Shown here: positions 1-11,496 of the stretch, piece after piece
Numbering within the stretch: position 1 is the stretch's first letter
How the letters are laid out: each line of letters starts with the position of its first letter
Source: Mixta calida
Lineage (GTDB): Bacteria > Pseudomonadota > Gammaproteobacteria > Enterobacterales > Enterobacteriaceae
Length of the DNA: 40,000 nucleotides
Direction of reading: 5' to 3'
Assembly (NCBI RefSeq): GCF_002953215.1
Contig: NZ_CP026378.1
Location: 624,540 to 664,539 of the forward strand
Notes under the pieces: model-generated
What the model was told of the DNA's origin: nothing
Databases searched by the model: none
Seen by the model: only the letters and a program-made list of their open reading frames with translations
Program-made: the position numbers and the translations under genes

Positions 1-447
1 GAGCTGCTGGATAAAATGGTGCTGCTGATTAAAGAAGAGCTGCACCATTTCTATCAGGTTTGGGAAATCATGCAGGCACGCGGCATTCTCTATCAGAAAA
101 TCACTGCCAGCCGCTATGCCAAAGGGCTAATGCGCGAAATCACCACGCACGAGCCGGAAACGCTGGTGGATAAGCTGATCTGCGGCGCCTACATTGAAGC
201 GCGCTCCTGCGAACGTTTCGCCAGCCTGGCGCCGTTTCTTGATGAGGAACTGGCGAAGTTTTACGTCTCGCTGCTGCGTTCCGAAGCGCGTCACTATCAG
301 GACTATCTGGCGCTGGCGGCGCGCATCGCGCCCTTTGACATCAGCGAGCGCGTACAGCAAATCGGCGCGGCGGAAGCGCGCCTGATTCAGGCGCCGGACA
401 GCGAGCTGCGTTTTCACAGCGGCGTGCCGGACTGGACGAATCAGTAA
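1..447 (+). CDS. miaE: tRNA-(ms2io6A37) hydroxylase MiaE, C-terminal part (5' end lies outside the window)
   Basis: Frame 1 is open from base 1 (ELLDKMVLLIKEELHHF...) to TAA 445-447. The product is colinear with the C-terminal half of Salmonella-type MiaE as I remember it, including the diiron-type ExxH motif SEARHYQ. Confidence 0.8.
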   Translation, partial: ELLDKMVLLIKEELHHFYQVWEIMQARGILYQKITASRYAKGLMREITTHEPETLVDKLICGAYIEARSCERFASLAPFLDEELAKFYVSLLRSEARHYQDYLALAARIAPFDISERVQQIGAAEARLIQAPDSELRFHSGVPDWTNQ

Positions 448-451
448 ACCA

Positions 452-483
452 TTCGCTCCCGGAGGAAAACGGCTGGGAGCGAA
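452..483. terminator. Stem-loop between convergent miaE and the AT-rich bicistron
   Basis: Perfect 9-bp inverted repeat ttcgctccc (452-460) / gggagcgaa (475-483) with a 14-nt loop. There is no clear U-tract, so this is only a possible bidirectional terminator. Confidence 0.3.
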
Positions 484-490
484 GCCGCTA

Positions 491-802
491 TCAGCAGAAC
501 TGTAACCGACCGAAAAAACACCAGTACCAGAACGCCAGTAATAATATGGAGAGCAGCATCAGATAAAGTGCGCGATGTTTGCGGCACAGGCTGAACCAAA
601 GAAGCGGCAATATCATCAGTAGCGTCAAAGGCGCGGTAAAATCACGGCTGTCATCGACGACCAGATACTGCATAGCATCACATACCGTGTTTATTCCCTC
701 GTCGCCAATATATTGCTCTTCTTTGAAGTAAGAGAGATATGCGATGTTAAAAAAGCAAAAGCCGCTGTAAAGCAGGGCTAAGCAAAGTTTCTTCCAGTTC
801 AT
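491..802 (-). CDS. Small membrane protein with about 3 TM segments, unknown function
   Basis: 103-codon ORF with hydrophobic segments LCLALLYSGFCFFNIAYL, PLTLLMILPLLWF and LYLMLLSILLLAFWYWCFF. Its start overlaps the upstream ORF's stop (ATGA at 799-802). It is AT-rich relative to its neighbours. No family recognised. Confidence 0.45.
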   Translation of the reverse strand: MNWKKLCLALLYSGFCFFNIAYLSYFKEEQYIGDEGINTVCDAMQYLVVDDSRDFTAPLTLLMILPLLWFSLCRKHRALYLMLLSILLLAFWYWCFFGRLQFC

Positions 803-1095
803 TTTCCCTGCCCCAGTATTCTTTTTAGCGTTTCTTTTTTTCTACAATACGTCTGCCATAAGACTCCAACTTCAGCAATCGCTACGCCAGCTAATAATAT
901 GGCTGGAATTTTTTCCTCCTGCGCTATTTTTATTACCCTGCTTTTGTTATATACCAGCCAGGCGGCTTTATATGCCCACAAATAATTTTCCCCAGTAAGA
1001 AAACGTCGGTTATTAGGCAAAAACCAAAACCGCATGAAATCTACCCCGTTCCAGTGAGGGAAACCTTCCTCATCAACTTTACAAAACATATTCAT
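799..1095 (-). CDS. Hypothetical soluble protein, first gene of the AT-rich bicistron
   Basis: The ORF track gives 799-1134. I prefer Met14 (ATG at 1095) because a GGGAGG Shine-Dalgarno sequence (1100-1105) lies 4 nt upstream. The product MNMFCKVDEEGFPHWNG... is 98 aa. No family recognised. Confidence 0.4.
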   Translation of the reverse strand: MNMFCKVDEEGFPHWNGVDFMRFWFLPNNRRFLTGENYLWAYKAAWLVYNKSRVIKIAQEEKIPAILLAGVAIAEVGVLWQTYCRKKETLKRILGQGK

Positions 1096-1182
1096 AGCGC
1101 CTCCCTGGCATAATGCATACGTGCTAACTTTCACTGACTGTTTACTGTTAGGTCAATAATCGTTCTATCCACGCGCCGACAA

Positions 1183-1204
1183 TAAAAAAGGCGCTTACAG
1201 CGCC
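1183..1204 (-). terminator. Rho-independent terminator of yjgM
   Basis: Hairpin ggcgc (1190-1194) / gcgcc (1200-1204) overlaps the stop codon. On the minus strand it is followed by a U-run (A-run 1183-1189 on plus). Confidence 0.55.
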
Positions 1205-1698
1205 TTCAGCATTCTGACCTCGCAGTCGACGTGGCCGGTACAGCCCAGCGGCCCGTCGATATGTTCAAAGCCGAGCTTCTCATACAGCCGAATCGCCTGC
1301 GTCAGGCTGGCGGTGGTTTCCAGATAGCAGCGCTTAAAGCCGCGTTCGCGGGCGAAATCGAACGCCTGCTGCGCCAGCTGCCATGCCACGCCCCGGCCGC
1401 GCAGCTGCGGCAGAAAATACATCTTTTGCAGCTCACAAATATCCGGCGCGCTGCATTGCAACGGCGCAATTCCGCCGCCTCCTGCTACCTTGCCGTCCAG
1501 CTCGATAATCCAGTAGGCGCTGTTTGTTTCGCTGTAAAGCTCAAACAGATGATCCAGGTTCGGATCGGAAACGGTATAGCCTTTATCGGCGGTCAGGCCG
1601 AATTCCGCCGAAACGTGACGGATAACCTGGGCGATATGCGGATTATCCGCCAGCGTGATGGGGCGAATGCGTAGCGAAGTGTCGGAAGCGATAGTCAT
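1195..1698 (-). CDS. yjgM: GNAT family N-acetyltransferase (YjgM-like)
   Basis: 167 aa, the same length as E. coli YjgM, and in the same position next to valS. Carries the acetyl-CoA binding motif [11 protein letters not shown]. Confidence 0.75.
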   Translation of the reverse strand: MTIASDTSLRIRPITLADNPHIAQVIRHVSAEFGLTADKGYTVSDPNLDHLFELYSETNSAYWIIELDGKVAGGGGIAPLQCSAPDICELQKMYFLPQLRGRGVAWQLAQQAFDFARERGFKRCYLETTASLTQAIRLYEKLGFEHIDGPLGCTGHVDCEVRMLKAL

Positions 1699-1864
1699 CG
1701 TCTGGCTCGGAATAAGAAAATCAAAAAGAGTGTAATAACATCGCTCGCCGGGTGATGCAATGGCTGCGGCGTTGAGAAAATTTCAGTCTGGCGCAGGGAG
1801 AAAAGGGGATATCGCAAAAACCGTAGCATCCTGCTCACCCTGACGCCGGTAAAGCACGGCGCAT

Positions 1865-1899
1865 AAAAAAACACCCCGGCGGCGTAAGCCGTCAGGGTG
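1865..1899 (-). terminator. Rho-independent terminator downstream of valS
   Basis: The minus strand reads caccctgacggc-ttac-gccgccggggtg (12-bp stem; the 2 imperfect positions are G-U pairs) followed by ttttttt (A-run 1865-1871 on plus). It lies ~55 nt after the valS stop. Confidence 0.6.
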
Positions 1900-1954
1900 A
1901 GTAGAAAGGCGGAATAAACCGTAACGAAGCGCGACGCCACGGTTGCTTCCAGCC

Positions 1955-4810
1955 TTACAGCGCGGCGATCACGCCCTGCTGTTCGATCAGTTTGGCTTTG
2001 CCCTGTTCCAGCTCCGCCATACGGTCGCGTTCTTTTGCTACTACCGCTCCTGGCGCGCGCGCGACGAAGGATTCGTTGCCCAGACGAGACTGAATTTTCT
2101 CCATCTCGGCTTCGACTTTCGCCAGCTCTTTCGCCAGACGATCCAGCTCCGCCTCTTTATCCACCAGACCCGCCATCGGGATCAACAGCTCGGCGCCGTC
2201 CACCAGTTTGGTGACGGAAAGTGGGCCTTTATCGCCCTGCGGCAGCAGCGTGATATCGCTAAGACGCGCCATCGCCTGCAGGAAGGTGCGGTTATCGGTC
2301 ACGCGACGCTGGGCATCGGCGCTGGCGCCGCGCAGCAGCAGCTCCAGCGGTTTGCCCGGAGAGATGTTCATCTCGGCGCGAATATTACGCACCGCCACGA
2401 TCGCCTGCTTCAGCCATTCGGTATCGGCCAGTGCCGCATCGTCCGTTTTCGTCGCGTCATACGACGGGAACGGTTGCAGCATGATGGTATCGTCGCTGAT
2501 GTTTTTCAGCACTTTCACGCGCTGCCAGATGGTCTCGGTAATGAACGGAATGATCGGATGCGCCAGACGCAGCAGCGCCTCCAGCACCGTCACCAGCGTA
2601 TGGCGCGTGCCGCGCAGCTCCGCCTCGGAACCGTTGTGCATTACCGGCTTGGTCAGCTCCAGATACCAGTCGCAGAACTGATTCCAGGTGAACTCGTACA
2701 GAATGTTGGCGGCGATATCGAAGCGATAGCTGTCCAGCGCCTCGCGGTACGCCTTCACCGTGTTGTTGAACTCGGCCAGAATCCAGCGATCCGCCAGCGA
2801 CAGCGTCATTTCGCCGCCGTTCTGTCCGCAATCCTGATCTTCGGTGTTCATCAGCACAAAGCGGCTGGCGTTCCACAGCTTGTTGCAGAAGTTGCGGTAG
2901 CCTTCCAGACGCTTCATATCCCAGTTGATATCGCGGCCGGTAGAGGCGAGCGCCGCCAGGGTAAAGCGCAGCGCGTCGGTGCCCGCCGGCTCGATGCCGT
3001 TCGGGAACTGCTTCTCGGTGCGCTTGCGGATTTTCTCCGCCAGCTGCGGCTGCATCATGTTGCCGGTGCGTTTTTCCAGCAGCGCTTCAAGCGTAATGCC
3101 GTCCACCATATCCAGCGGATCGATGACGTTGCCTTTCGATTTCGACATCTTCTGGCCTTCTTCATCGCGGATCAAACCGGTCATATAGACGGTTTTAAAC
3201 GGCACCTGCGGCTTGCCGTTTTCATCCTTCATGAAGTGCATGGTCAGCATGATCATGCGCGCGATCCAGAAGAAGATGATGTCGAAGCCGCTTACCAGCA
3301 CGCTGGTCGGGTGGAAGGTGCGCAGCGCTTCGGTGTTTTCCGGCCAGCCCAGGGTAGAGAAGGTCCAGAGACCAGAGGAGAACCAGGTGTCCAGCACATC
3401 TTCATCCTGACGCAGCGCGATGCTGGCGTCGATCTGGTTTTCCGCGCGCACTTCTTCTTCGCTGCGGCCAACATAGACGTTGCCTTCTTCGTCATACCAG
3501 GCGGGAATGCGGTGACCCCACCACAGCTGACGGGAGATACACCAGTCCTGAATATCGCGCATCCAGGAGAAGTACATGTTTTCATACTGCTTCGGCACAA
3601 ACTGAATGTCGCCGTTTTCTACCGCTTCCACCGCAACTTTCGCCAGCGGCGCGGTGCGCACGTACCATTGGTCAGTCAGCATCGGCTCGATAACGACGCC
3701 GCCGCGATCGCCGTAAGGCACGGTCAGATCGTGGGCTTTCACTTCTTCCAGCAGGCCCAGCTCGTCCACGGCGGCGACGATCGCTTTACGCGCGGCGAAA
3801 CGTTCCATATTGCGGAACGCTTCCGGCAGCGTGGCGTCGTAGACGTCGGACGCTTCGCCGTTAGTGTCGTAAACCTGCGCGCTTTCACGGATATCGCCGT
3901 CAAAGGTCAGGATATTGATCATCGGCAGCTTATGACGACGACCAACTTCATAGTCGTTAAAGTCGTGCGCCGGGGTGATCTTCACACAGCCGGTACCTTT
4001 TTCCATATCGGCATGTTCGTCGCCCACGATCGGAATACGACGGTTCACCAGCGGCAGCATAACGAATTTGCCGATCAGATCTTTATAACGCGGATCTTCC
4101 GGGTTGACCGCCACACCGGTATCGCCCAGCAGGGTTTCCGGGCGAGTGGTGGCCACGACCAGGTAATCTTTGCCGTCAGCGGTTTTCGCGCCGTCGGCCA
4201 GCGGGTAGCGGATATGCCACATGGACCCTTTGGTTTCGCGGTTTTCCACTTCCAGATCGGAGATGGCGGTGCGCAGTTTCGGGTCCCAGTTGACCAGGCG
4301 TTTGCCGCGGTAGATCAGGTTTTCTTTATGCAGGCGAACAAAGACCTCTTTAACGGCGTTAGAGAGACCCTCATCCATGGTAAAGCGCTCGCGCTCCCAG
4401 TCGACGGAGTTGCCGAGACGGCGCATCTGGCGGGTAATGGTGCCACCAGACTCCGCTTTCCACTGCCACACTTTGTCGATAAAGGCGTCGCGACCATAAT
4501 CCTGGCGTGTTTTGCCTTCTTCAGCGGCGATCTTACGCTCTACGACCATCTGAGTCGCGATACCGGCGTGGTCGGTGCCCACCTGCCACAGCGTGTTCTT
4601 ACCCTGCATGCGCTGGTAACGCACCATGGTGTCCATAATGGTTTGCTGAAAGGCGTGACCCATATGCAAGCTACCGGTAACGTTCGGCGGCGGGATCATG
4701 ATGCAGAAGCTTTCCTGGCTGGCATCGCCATTCGGTTTGAAGTAGCCCTGCTTTTCCCAATGCTCGTAAAGCGGCTGTTCGATCTCTTGCGGATTATATG
4801 TCTTTTCCAT
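1955..4810 (-). CDS. valS: Valine--tRNA ligase
   Basis: 951 aa. Class I signatures HMGH (GSLHMGHAF) and KMSKS (QKMSKSKGN), with a C-terminal coiled coil. Full-length similarity to E. coli ValS. Confidence 0.98.
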   Translation of the reverse strand: MEKTYNPQEIEQPLYEHWEKQGYFKPNGDASQESFCIMIPPPNVTGSLHMGHAFQQTIMDTMVRYQRMQGKNTLWQVGTDHAGIATQMVVERKIAAEEGKTRQDYGRDAFIDKVWQWKAESGGTITRQMRRLGNSVDWERERFTMDEGLSNAVKEVFVRLHKENLIYRGKRLVNWDPKLRTAISDLEVENRETKGSMWHIRYPLADGAKTADGKDYLVVATTRPETLLGDTGVAVNPEDPRYKDLIGKFVMLPLVNRRIPIVGDEHADMEKGTGCVKITPAHDFNDYEVGRRHKLPMINILTFDGDIRESAQVYDTNGEASDVYDATLPEAFRNMERFAARKAIVAAVDELGLLEEVKAHDLTVPYGDRGGVVIEPMLTDQWYVRTAPLAKVAVEAVENGDIQFVPKQYENMYFSWMRDIQDWCISRQLWWGHRIPAWYDEEGNVYVGRSEEEVRAENQIDASIALRQDEDVLDTWFSSGLWTFSTLGWPENTEALRTFHPTSVLVSGFDIIFFWIARMIMLTMHFMKDENGKPQVPFKTVYMTGLIRDEEGQKMSKSKGNVIDPLDMVDGITLEALLEKRTGNMMQPQLAEKIRKRTEKQFPNGIEPAGTDALRFTLAALASTGRDINWDMKRLEGYRNFCNKLWNASRFVLMNTEDQDCGQNGGEMTLSLADRWILAEFNNTVKAYREALDSYRFDIAANILYEFTWNQFCDWYLELTKPVMHNGSEAELRGTRHTLVTVLEALLRLAHPIIPFITETIWQRVKVLKNISDDTIMLQPFPSYDATKTDDAALADTEWLKQAIVAVRNIRAEMNISPGKPLELLLRGASADAQRRVTDNRTFLQAMARLSDITLLPQGDKGPLSVTKLVDGAELLIPMAGLVDKEAELDRLAKELAKVEAEMEKIQSRLGNESFVARAPGAVVAKERDRMAELEQGKAKLIEQQGVIAAL

Positions 4811-4815
4811 TTCTG

Positions 4816-5277
4816 CTATGTCGTTTGCGGCTGTGGCGGGGTTGCCGTATTCAAGTGGAAGCCGACGCTGCGATACGCTTTATAACGGTCGCGCGCCTGC
4901 TGTTTCAAAGATTCTTCGTAAGGGACAAAGTCTATCACTTCATGGAAAGCGGTGGCAAAATCTGCAAACTGCGGCAGCAGGCTGATCAGCAGATCGCGCG
5001 GCGCGTTGCCGCGGCGCTGCGGCCAGGCGAGCTCTACCGGTGCGCCATATTTCGGCCCTTCGCCAGCCAGATTGTGCGGCACAAAGGCGTTGGCCGGACG
5101 CTGCCACAGGGCTTCATCCAGTCGGATGGCCTGCTGCTCATCTTCACAAGCGATCAGCACGCGCTTGCCTTCACGCCAGCGCATTTCCGCTAAATCGCAC
5201 ACCAGCGCCTCGACGGCGCTCAATCCTTCCGTCTGCGCATCGGTTTCCAGAAGATAGAAGGTGGCCTTTTTCATCAT
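4816..5277 (-). CDS. holC: DNA polymerase III subunit chi
   Basis: [15 protein letters not shown]...LSAVEALVC...[12 protein letters not shown] is colinear with E. coli HolC (MKNATFYLL...). The true start may be the second ATG (5274). The valS-holC-pepA synteny is conserved. Confidence 0.9.
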   Translation of the reverse strand: MMKKATFYLLETDAQTEGLSAVEALVCDLAEMRWREGKRVLIACEDEQQAIRLDEALWQRPANAFVPHNLAGEGPKYGAPVELAWPQRRGNAPRDLLISLLPQFADFATAFHEVIDFVPYEESLKQQARDRYKAYRSVGFHLNTATPPQPQTT

Positions 5278-5400
5278 TTATGCCTGTCGGCGTCGGACGT
5301 TGATGTCAGACGCGGAGTTAATGCCTGATTCGTGTTCTAACGTTTGACGCGGCGTACCGGTAAAACGCGGCGGCCTGCGTCGTTTCCGAAAGCGCAAACC

Positions 5401-5432
5401 GGCTACGCCGCTTAAGTTTTGGCGGCGTAGCC
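5401..5432 (-). terminator. Stem-loop downstream of pepA
   Basis: Perfect 11-bp inverted repeat ggctacgccgc (5401-5411) / gcggcgtagcc (5422-5432). Only a weak T-rich tail follows on the minus strand. Confidence 0.4.
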
Positions 5433-5449
5433 GTCAGCGTTATAACAGC

Positions 5450-6976
<1,527 letters not shown>

Positions 6977-7225
6977 TTAAAGACAACGGCGCTGGCTGCG
7001 GCTAGAATGTACCGCTTCGTAACGCTTACGCCGTTGCGTACGACGTTTCTGATAAAAAAGGACGTCAGTTTGTGTTTCAGTGACATTGTTATTTTTTACG
7101 TCACCTGAACGCTTGTGTCATACACTAGATCTATGACAACGGCCATTGATGATGAAAAATGGCGAATAAGCGTTGAAACTATCGATTTTCCAGCAAAAAG
7201 ACAAGTTTTCACAGGCATACGAAGC

Positions 7226-8326
7226 GTGATTATCATTAGATATCTGGTTCGGGAAACGCTCAAAAGCCAGCTGGCAATACTCTTTATCCTGCTGTTGATC
7301 TTCTTCTGTCAGAAGCTAGTCAGGATCCTGGGCGCTGCCGTCGATGGTGAGATCCCGACAAACTTAGTTCTTACCCTGTTGGGGCTCGGCGTGCCGGAAA
7401 TGGCGCAGCTTATCCTGCCTCTCAGTCTGTTTCTGGCCATTTTGATGACGCTGGGGCGGCTCTACACCGAAAGTGAAATTACGGTGATGCACGCCTGCGG
7501 CCTCAGCAAGGCGGTGCTGGTCAAAGCGGCGATGTTCCTGATGCTGCTGACCGCGGCGGCGGCGGCGGTCAACGTCGTCTGGCTCAGCCCCTGGTCGTCG
7601 CGCTATCAAAGCGAAGTGACGCAGAACGCCAAGGCCAACCCCGGCGCCGCGGCGCTGGCGGCCGGGCAGTTCCAGCAGTCGAGCGACGGCAACAGCGTGC
7701 TGTTTATAGAAGACGTGAAGGGCAATCAGTTTGGCCACGTTTTCCTTGCGCAGCTGCGTCCGAAAGGCAACGCGCGTCCATCGGTGGTGATGGCGGACAG
7801 CGGCCATATGGAGCAGCGGCCGGACGGCTCGCAGGTGGTGACGCTGGACAAAGGCACGCGCTTTGAAGGCACCGCGCTGCTGCGCGACTTCCGCATTACC
7901 GACTTCACTAACTATCAGGCGATCGTCGGTTATAAATCCGCGACGCTCGATCCTGACGACGCGGAGCAGGCGGCGTTCGTTAACCTGTTCGGCAATCCGT
8001 CGCCGGGTTTCCGTTCTGAGCTGCACTGGCGCCTGACGCTGATCTTCTCGGTGCTGGTGATGGCGTTGATGGTGGTGCCGCTGAGCGTGGTGAACCCGCG
8101 CCAGGGCCGTGTGTTGTCGATGCTGCCGGCGATGCTGCTTTATCTCATCTTCTTCCTGTTGCAAAGCTCGCTGAAATCAAACGCCTCGAAAGGGCGGCTC
8201 GATCCGGCGATCTGGATGTGGGTGGTGAACCTGAGCTATCTGGCGCTGGCGATTGGGCTGAACCTGTGGGATACGGTGCCGATGCGGCGCCTGCGCGCCC
8301 GCTTTACGCGTGGAGGCTCAGTCTGA
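7226..8326 (+). CDS. lptF: LPS export ABC transporter permease LptF
   Basis: I chose GTG 7226 because the product then begins VIIIRYLVRETLKSQLAILF, matching E. coli LptF (MIIIRYLVRETLKSQ...). The ORF-track ATG at 7115 adds 37 residues that are not part of LptF. Confidence 0.9.
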   Translation: MIIIRYLVRETLKSQLAILFILLLIFFCQKLVRILGAAVDGEIPTNLVLTLLGLGVPEMAQLILPLSLFLAILMTLGRLYTESEITVMHACGLSKAVLVKAAMFLMLLTAAAAAVNVVWLSPWSSRYQSEVTQNAKANPGAAALAAGQFQQSSDGNSVLFIEDVKGNQFGHVFLAQLRPKGNARPSVVMADSGHMEQRPDGSQVVTLDKGTRFEGTALLRDFRITDFTNYQAIVGYKSATLDPDDAEQAAFVNLFGNPSPGFRSELHWRLTLIFSVLVMALMVVPLSVVNPRQGRVLSMLPAMLLYLIFFLLQSSLKSNASKGRLDPAIWMWVVNLSYLALAIGLNLWDTVPMRRLRARFTRGGSV

Positions 8327-9402
8327 TGTTTGGCGTACTCGACCGCTATATCGGTAAAACTATCTTTAATACCATCATGCTGACGCTGTTTATGCTGGTT
8401 TCCCTTTCCGGCATTATCAAGTTCGTCGATCAGCTGCGTAAAACCGGACAGGGCGCCTATACCGCGCTGGATGCAGGCTACTACACGCTGCTGAGCGTGC
8501 CGAAAGATATCGAAATCTTCTTCCCGATGGCGGCGCTGCTTGGCGCGCTGTTGGGGCTCGGCACGCTGGCGCAGCGCAGTGAACTGGTGGTGATGCAGGC
8601 GTCCGGCTTCACCCGCTTGCAGATTGCGCTCTCGGTGATGAAAACCGCGATTCCGCTGGTACTGCTGACCATGGCGATCGGCGAATTCGTCGCCCCGCAG
8701 GGCGAGCAGATGGCGCGTAACTTCCGCGCGCAGCAGCTACTCGGCGGTTCGCTGCTCTCCACGCAGACCGGCCTGTGGGCGAAAGACGGCAATAACTTCA
8801 TCTATATCGAACGCATCAAGGGCGACAACCAGCTGGACGGCGTCAGCATCTACAACTTCAACGATGAACGTCGTCTGAAGAGCGTACGCTACGCGGCCAC
8901 TGCGACGTGGGATAAAGAGACGCGTCGCTGGAAACTGGGGCAGGTGGATGAATCAGACCTCAATAATCCGCAGCAGATTAGCGGCAAGCAGAGCCTCAAC
9001 GGCGAATGGAAAACTACCCTGACGCCGGACAAGCTTGGCGTCGTGGCGCTCGATCCCGACGCGTTGTCGATTCGTGGTCTCTATAACTACGCCAAATATC
9101 TGACGCAGAGCGGCCAGGAAGCGGGACGCTACCGCCTCAATATGTGGGGCAAAATTTTTCAGCCATTATCGGTCGCCGTGATGATGCTGATGGCGCTCTC
9201 CTTTATCTTCGGTCCGCTGCGCAGCGTATCGATGGGCGTGCGCGTCGTTACCGGTATTAGCTTCGGCTTTCTGTTCTACGTGCTGGATCAGATCTTTGGC
9301 CCGCTCAGCCTGGTGTATGGATTGCCGCCGATAATGGGCGCCATTCTCCCCAGCGCGGCTTTCTTCGCCATCAGCGTCTGGATGCTGATGAAGCGTCGTT
9401 AA
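8326..9402 (+). CDS. lptG: LPS export ABC transporter permease LptG
   Basis: I chose ATG 8326, which overlaps the lptF TGA by 1 nt. The product begins MFGVLDRYIGKTIFNTIM..., matching E. coli LptG. The ORF-track start at 8218 lies inside lptF. Confidence 0.92.
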   Translation: MFGVLDRYIGKTIFNTIMLTLFMLVSLSGIIKFVDQLRKTGQGAYTALDAGYYTLLSVPKDIEIFFPMAALLGALLGLGTLAQRSELVVMQASGFTRLQIALSVMKTAIPLVLLTMAIGEFVAPQGEQMARNFRAQQLLGGSLLSTQTGLWAKDGNNFIYIERIKGDNQLDGVSIYNFNDERRLKSVRYAATATWDKETRRWKLGQVDESDLNNPQQISGKQSLNGEWKTTLTPDKLGVVALDPDALSIRGLYNYAKYLTQSGQEAGRYRLNMWGKIFQPLSVAVMMLMALSFIFGPLRSVSMGVRVVTGISFGFLFYVLDQIFGPLSLVYGLPPIMGAILPSAAFFAISVWMLMKRR

Positions 9403-9408
9403 TCCTCT

Positions 9409-9432
9409 GGCGCGGCACGCTGCTGCCGCGCC
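9409..9432 (+). terminator. Stem-loop after lptG
   Basis: 9-bp inverted repeat ggcgcggca (9409-9417) / tgccgcgcc (9424-9432) starting 7 nt after the stop codon. No U-tract. Confidence 0.3.
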
Positions 9433-9819
9433 AGCTTATCTTCCCCTTTATTTTTACCTTCCCGCGATAGCGAACGCCTTATGGCCCTGACAGGATAAAT
9501 GTAAATTTGGGCGCTTCACTGCCTTCTGCCGCTACGTTTATTAAATCCTGATTATTTAGAGTCAGTTATTACGCCGCGCGTTTTTATCCCAACCAGGATA
9601 CATATAGAAGTTAATTTTTTGTTAATGAAAATGGCAGCAAACAGGGCCATTTAATCATTCATTGTCAGGCCAATTTATATTTCTTAACAATTTGCCCTGG
9701 TCGATTATTTCATAATTCACCGTTTGGTCTATGCTTTATAACTATTACGGTAAGTTATCGGTAAACAACCAGATAATGAACGCAAACTCTGACACGGCGC
9801 TATTCGCGGAGGAAAAGTA

Positions 9820-10227
9820 ATGGATAAGAAAATTGCGCCGCAACAGGACGAAGCGGAACAGCATGAAATCATTCCGTTGGCAGAGGAGCAGGCGGAGGTT
9901 ACCACCACTCGCGTAGTGGACCGCCGCATCCGTATTCACCGCTCTACCACGACGGCTGAGAAGCTGCTGGAGACGGAACTCTGGCATGAAGAGGTAGAGA
10001 TAAAACATATCGAAAAAAATGAAACGCTTGAGGAAGGTTATTTTCCCCAGGTGCGACAGGAAGGCGATGTGTTAGTTGTGCCGGTAATTGAAGAGCAGGT
10101 AGAAATTATTCGGCGCCATATATTAAAGGAAGAAGTTCATATTCATAAGCTGAAAAAGAATGAGCAATTTCAGCAAAAAGTTACATTACGTAGCCAGGAG
10201 ATAGAGATCAGCAAGGAAGATAATTAA
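9820..10227 (+). CDS. DUF2382 / YsnF-AvaK-like stress-type protein
   Basis: 135 aa. Has the charged repeated pattern typical of DUF2382 (IPLAEEQAEVTTTRV...; VVPVIEEQVEIIRRHILKEEVHI), preceded by GGAGGA. Family assigned from memory. Confidence 0.6.
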   Translation: MDKKIAPQQDEAEQHEIIPLAEEQAEVTTTRVVDRRIRIHRSTTTAEKLLETELWHEEVEIKHIEKNETLEEGYFPQVRQEGDVLVVPVIEEQVEIIRRHILKEEVHIHKLKKNEQFQQKVTLRSQEIEISKEDN

Positions 10228-10255
10228 CCGTAAACCTAAGCACGAGGAGACTATT

Positions 10256-11488
10256 ATGGCACATGAAAAAATCGTTACTGCTTTTAATCAAATACAGCAG
10301 GCGGAAGTCGCTAAAGAGAAACTGATTGCCGAAGGTATCGCGGAAAATCATATTGATATTATTTCAGGTGAAAGATTACGCGTAGAAGGTAAAGAGATCC
10401 GTCACCCAAGCTTCTGGCAGCGCCTGTTCGGCGATGACGTAGATGACGACTACGCAACCGAGTACAACAAAGCCATTCAGGGCGGCGGCGTACTGCTGAC
10501 AGTCCGTGCGCGCAAAGAAGATGCGGATCGTATTGAAACGCTGTTGGATCAATACTCCACCGACTATACCGCTTCTTATAACCGCGGCGCCTCGACCACT
10601 GACCGTGAATTCCTGGGCGAAACCGATGATGTTTCTGGTCGCACCACTTCAGCTGGTTTCAACGCTGGCGCTAAAGGCGTAACAGGCGATACTGACCCGA
10701 CGGCGGGCGTACCGGGCACGCTGGATCACGACAGCGGTAAATCTACGGTGGGCAAAACAGGCGCAACCGATCTGCTGACCGGCAAGGATAGCACCACCGG
10801 CGTAACCGGTGCTTCAACCACCGGCGTAACTGGCACCACCGCAGCAGGCGTAACGGGCGCAGCCCTGACGGGCAGTGAAAACCATGAAGCGCTGAAGCTG
10901 GCGGAAGAACAGGTTGATATTGGCAAACGTCAGGTCAGCGATGGCGTGGTGCGTCTGCGTCGTTATACCGTTGAAGACGAAGTGGCTGAAGACGTTTCGC
11001 TGTTTGAACAGCATGCTGACGTATTCCGCACTGCGGTTGACGAGCCCGCTTATCTGAGCGACGTCGACTGGTCTGAAAAAACCATCGAAGTGGAAGAATC
11101 CCATGAAGTGCCGACGGTAAGCAAAACAGCGCGCATTAAAGAAGAGGTTGGCGTACGCAACGAAACGTCTGAGCGCGTAGAAACGGTGAAAGATACCGTA
11201 CGTCGTCAGGAAGTTGAAGTGGAACAGACCGGCGGCACCGGCCTTGAAAAAGATCGCCTGACCGGCGTCGGCTCAACTACCGGAACCACGGCTGGCACGA
11301 CCGGAACCACAGCAGGCACGACCGGAACCACAGCTGGCACGACCGGAACCACGCCTGGCGCGACCGGAACCACCACCGGCGTTACTGGCGCGACAGGCGT
11401 CACCGGCACTACGACCACCGGCTTTGAGAAAGACAGCCTGACCGGCAGCGACCTGGATAAAGATCCGCTGACCGGCGTTAAGAAGTAA
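10256..11488 (+). CDS. YsnF/AvaK (DUF2382) domain protein with Thr/Gly-rich repeat linkers
   Basis: 410 aa, with GAGGAG upstream. Central DUF2382-like block (LKLAEEQVDIGKRQVSDGVVRLRRY...VRRQEVEVEQ) flanked by the low-complexity tracts GVTGASTTGVTGTTAAGVTG and (TGTTAGT)n. Confidence 0.6.
   Translation: MAHEKIVTAFNQIQQAEVAKEKLIAEGIAENHIDIISGERLRVEGKEIRHPSFWQRLFGDDVDDDYATEYNKAIQGGGVLLTVRARKEDADRIETLLDQYSTDYTASYNRGASTTDREFLGETDDVSGRTTSAGFNAGAKGVTGDTDPTAGVPGTLDHDSGKSTVGKTGATDLLTGKDSTTGVTGASTTGVTGTTAAGVTGAALTGSENHEALKLAEEQVDIGKRQVSDGVVRLRRYTVEDEVAEDVSLFEQHADVFRTAVDEPAYLSDVDWSEKTIEVEESHEVPTVSKTARIKEEVGVRNETSERVETVKDTVRRQEVEVEQTGGTGLEKDRLTGVGSTTGTTAGTTGTTAGTTGTTAGTTGTTPGATGTTTGVTGATGVTGTTTTGFEKDSLTGSDLDKDPLTGVKK
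11279..11383 (+). repeat. In-frame 21-bp tandem repeat, about 5 copies (accggaaccacNgcNggcacg), encoding TGTTAGT heptads
   Basis: Unit starts at 11279, 11300, 11321, 11342 and 11363. The first three copies differ only at wobble positions; the last two are more diverged. Confidence 0.9.
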
Positions 11489-11496
11489 TCATGCCC

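Noticed and set aside
1943-4885. 980-aa ORF on the plus strand spanning the whole valS region
   Set aside because: It is the antisense shadow of valS in GC-rich DNA. The product is Arg/His/Gln/Phe/Ala-rich with no protein-like pattern, whereas the minus strand encodes an unmistakable ValS.
7115-7225. N-terminal extensions suggested by the ORF track for lptF (7115), lptG (8218), ytfJ (38438), the DUF2501 gene (19355), sid (24619), alpha (26400) and the second integrase (30295)
   Set aside because: In each case an internal start reproduces the conserved N-terminus, signal peptide or known protein length, and usually has a better SD. The extensions overlap upstream genes or have non-protein-like composition.
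7364-8164. 266-aa minus-strand ORF inside lptF
   Set aside because: This is an antisense shadow ORF (poly-Arg/His/Gln product). lptF on the plus strand is clearly the real gene.
9729-9735. CTATGCT resembling a sigmaS-type -10 element upstream of the DUF2382 genes
   Set aside because: This is a single 7-nt match in a 400-bp AT-rich region, which is too weak to report as a feature without transcript mapping.
11279-11383. Regular 21-bp repeats considered as a possible CRISPR array
   Set aside because: The repeats are contiguous with no spacers, are in frame inside a 410-aa ORF and encode TGTTAGT heptads. No cas genes are present.
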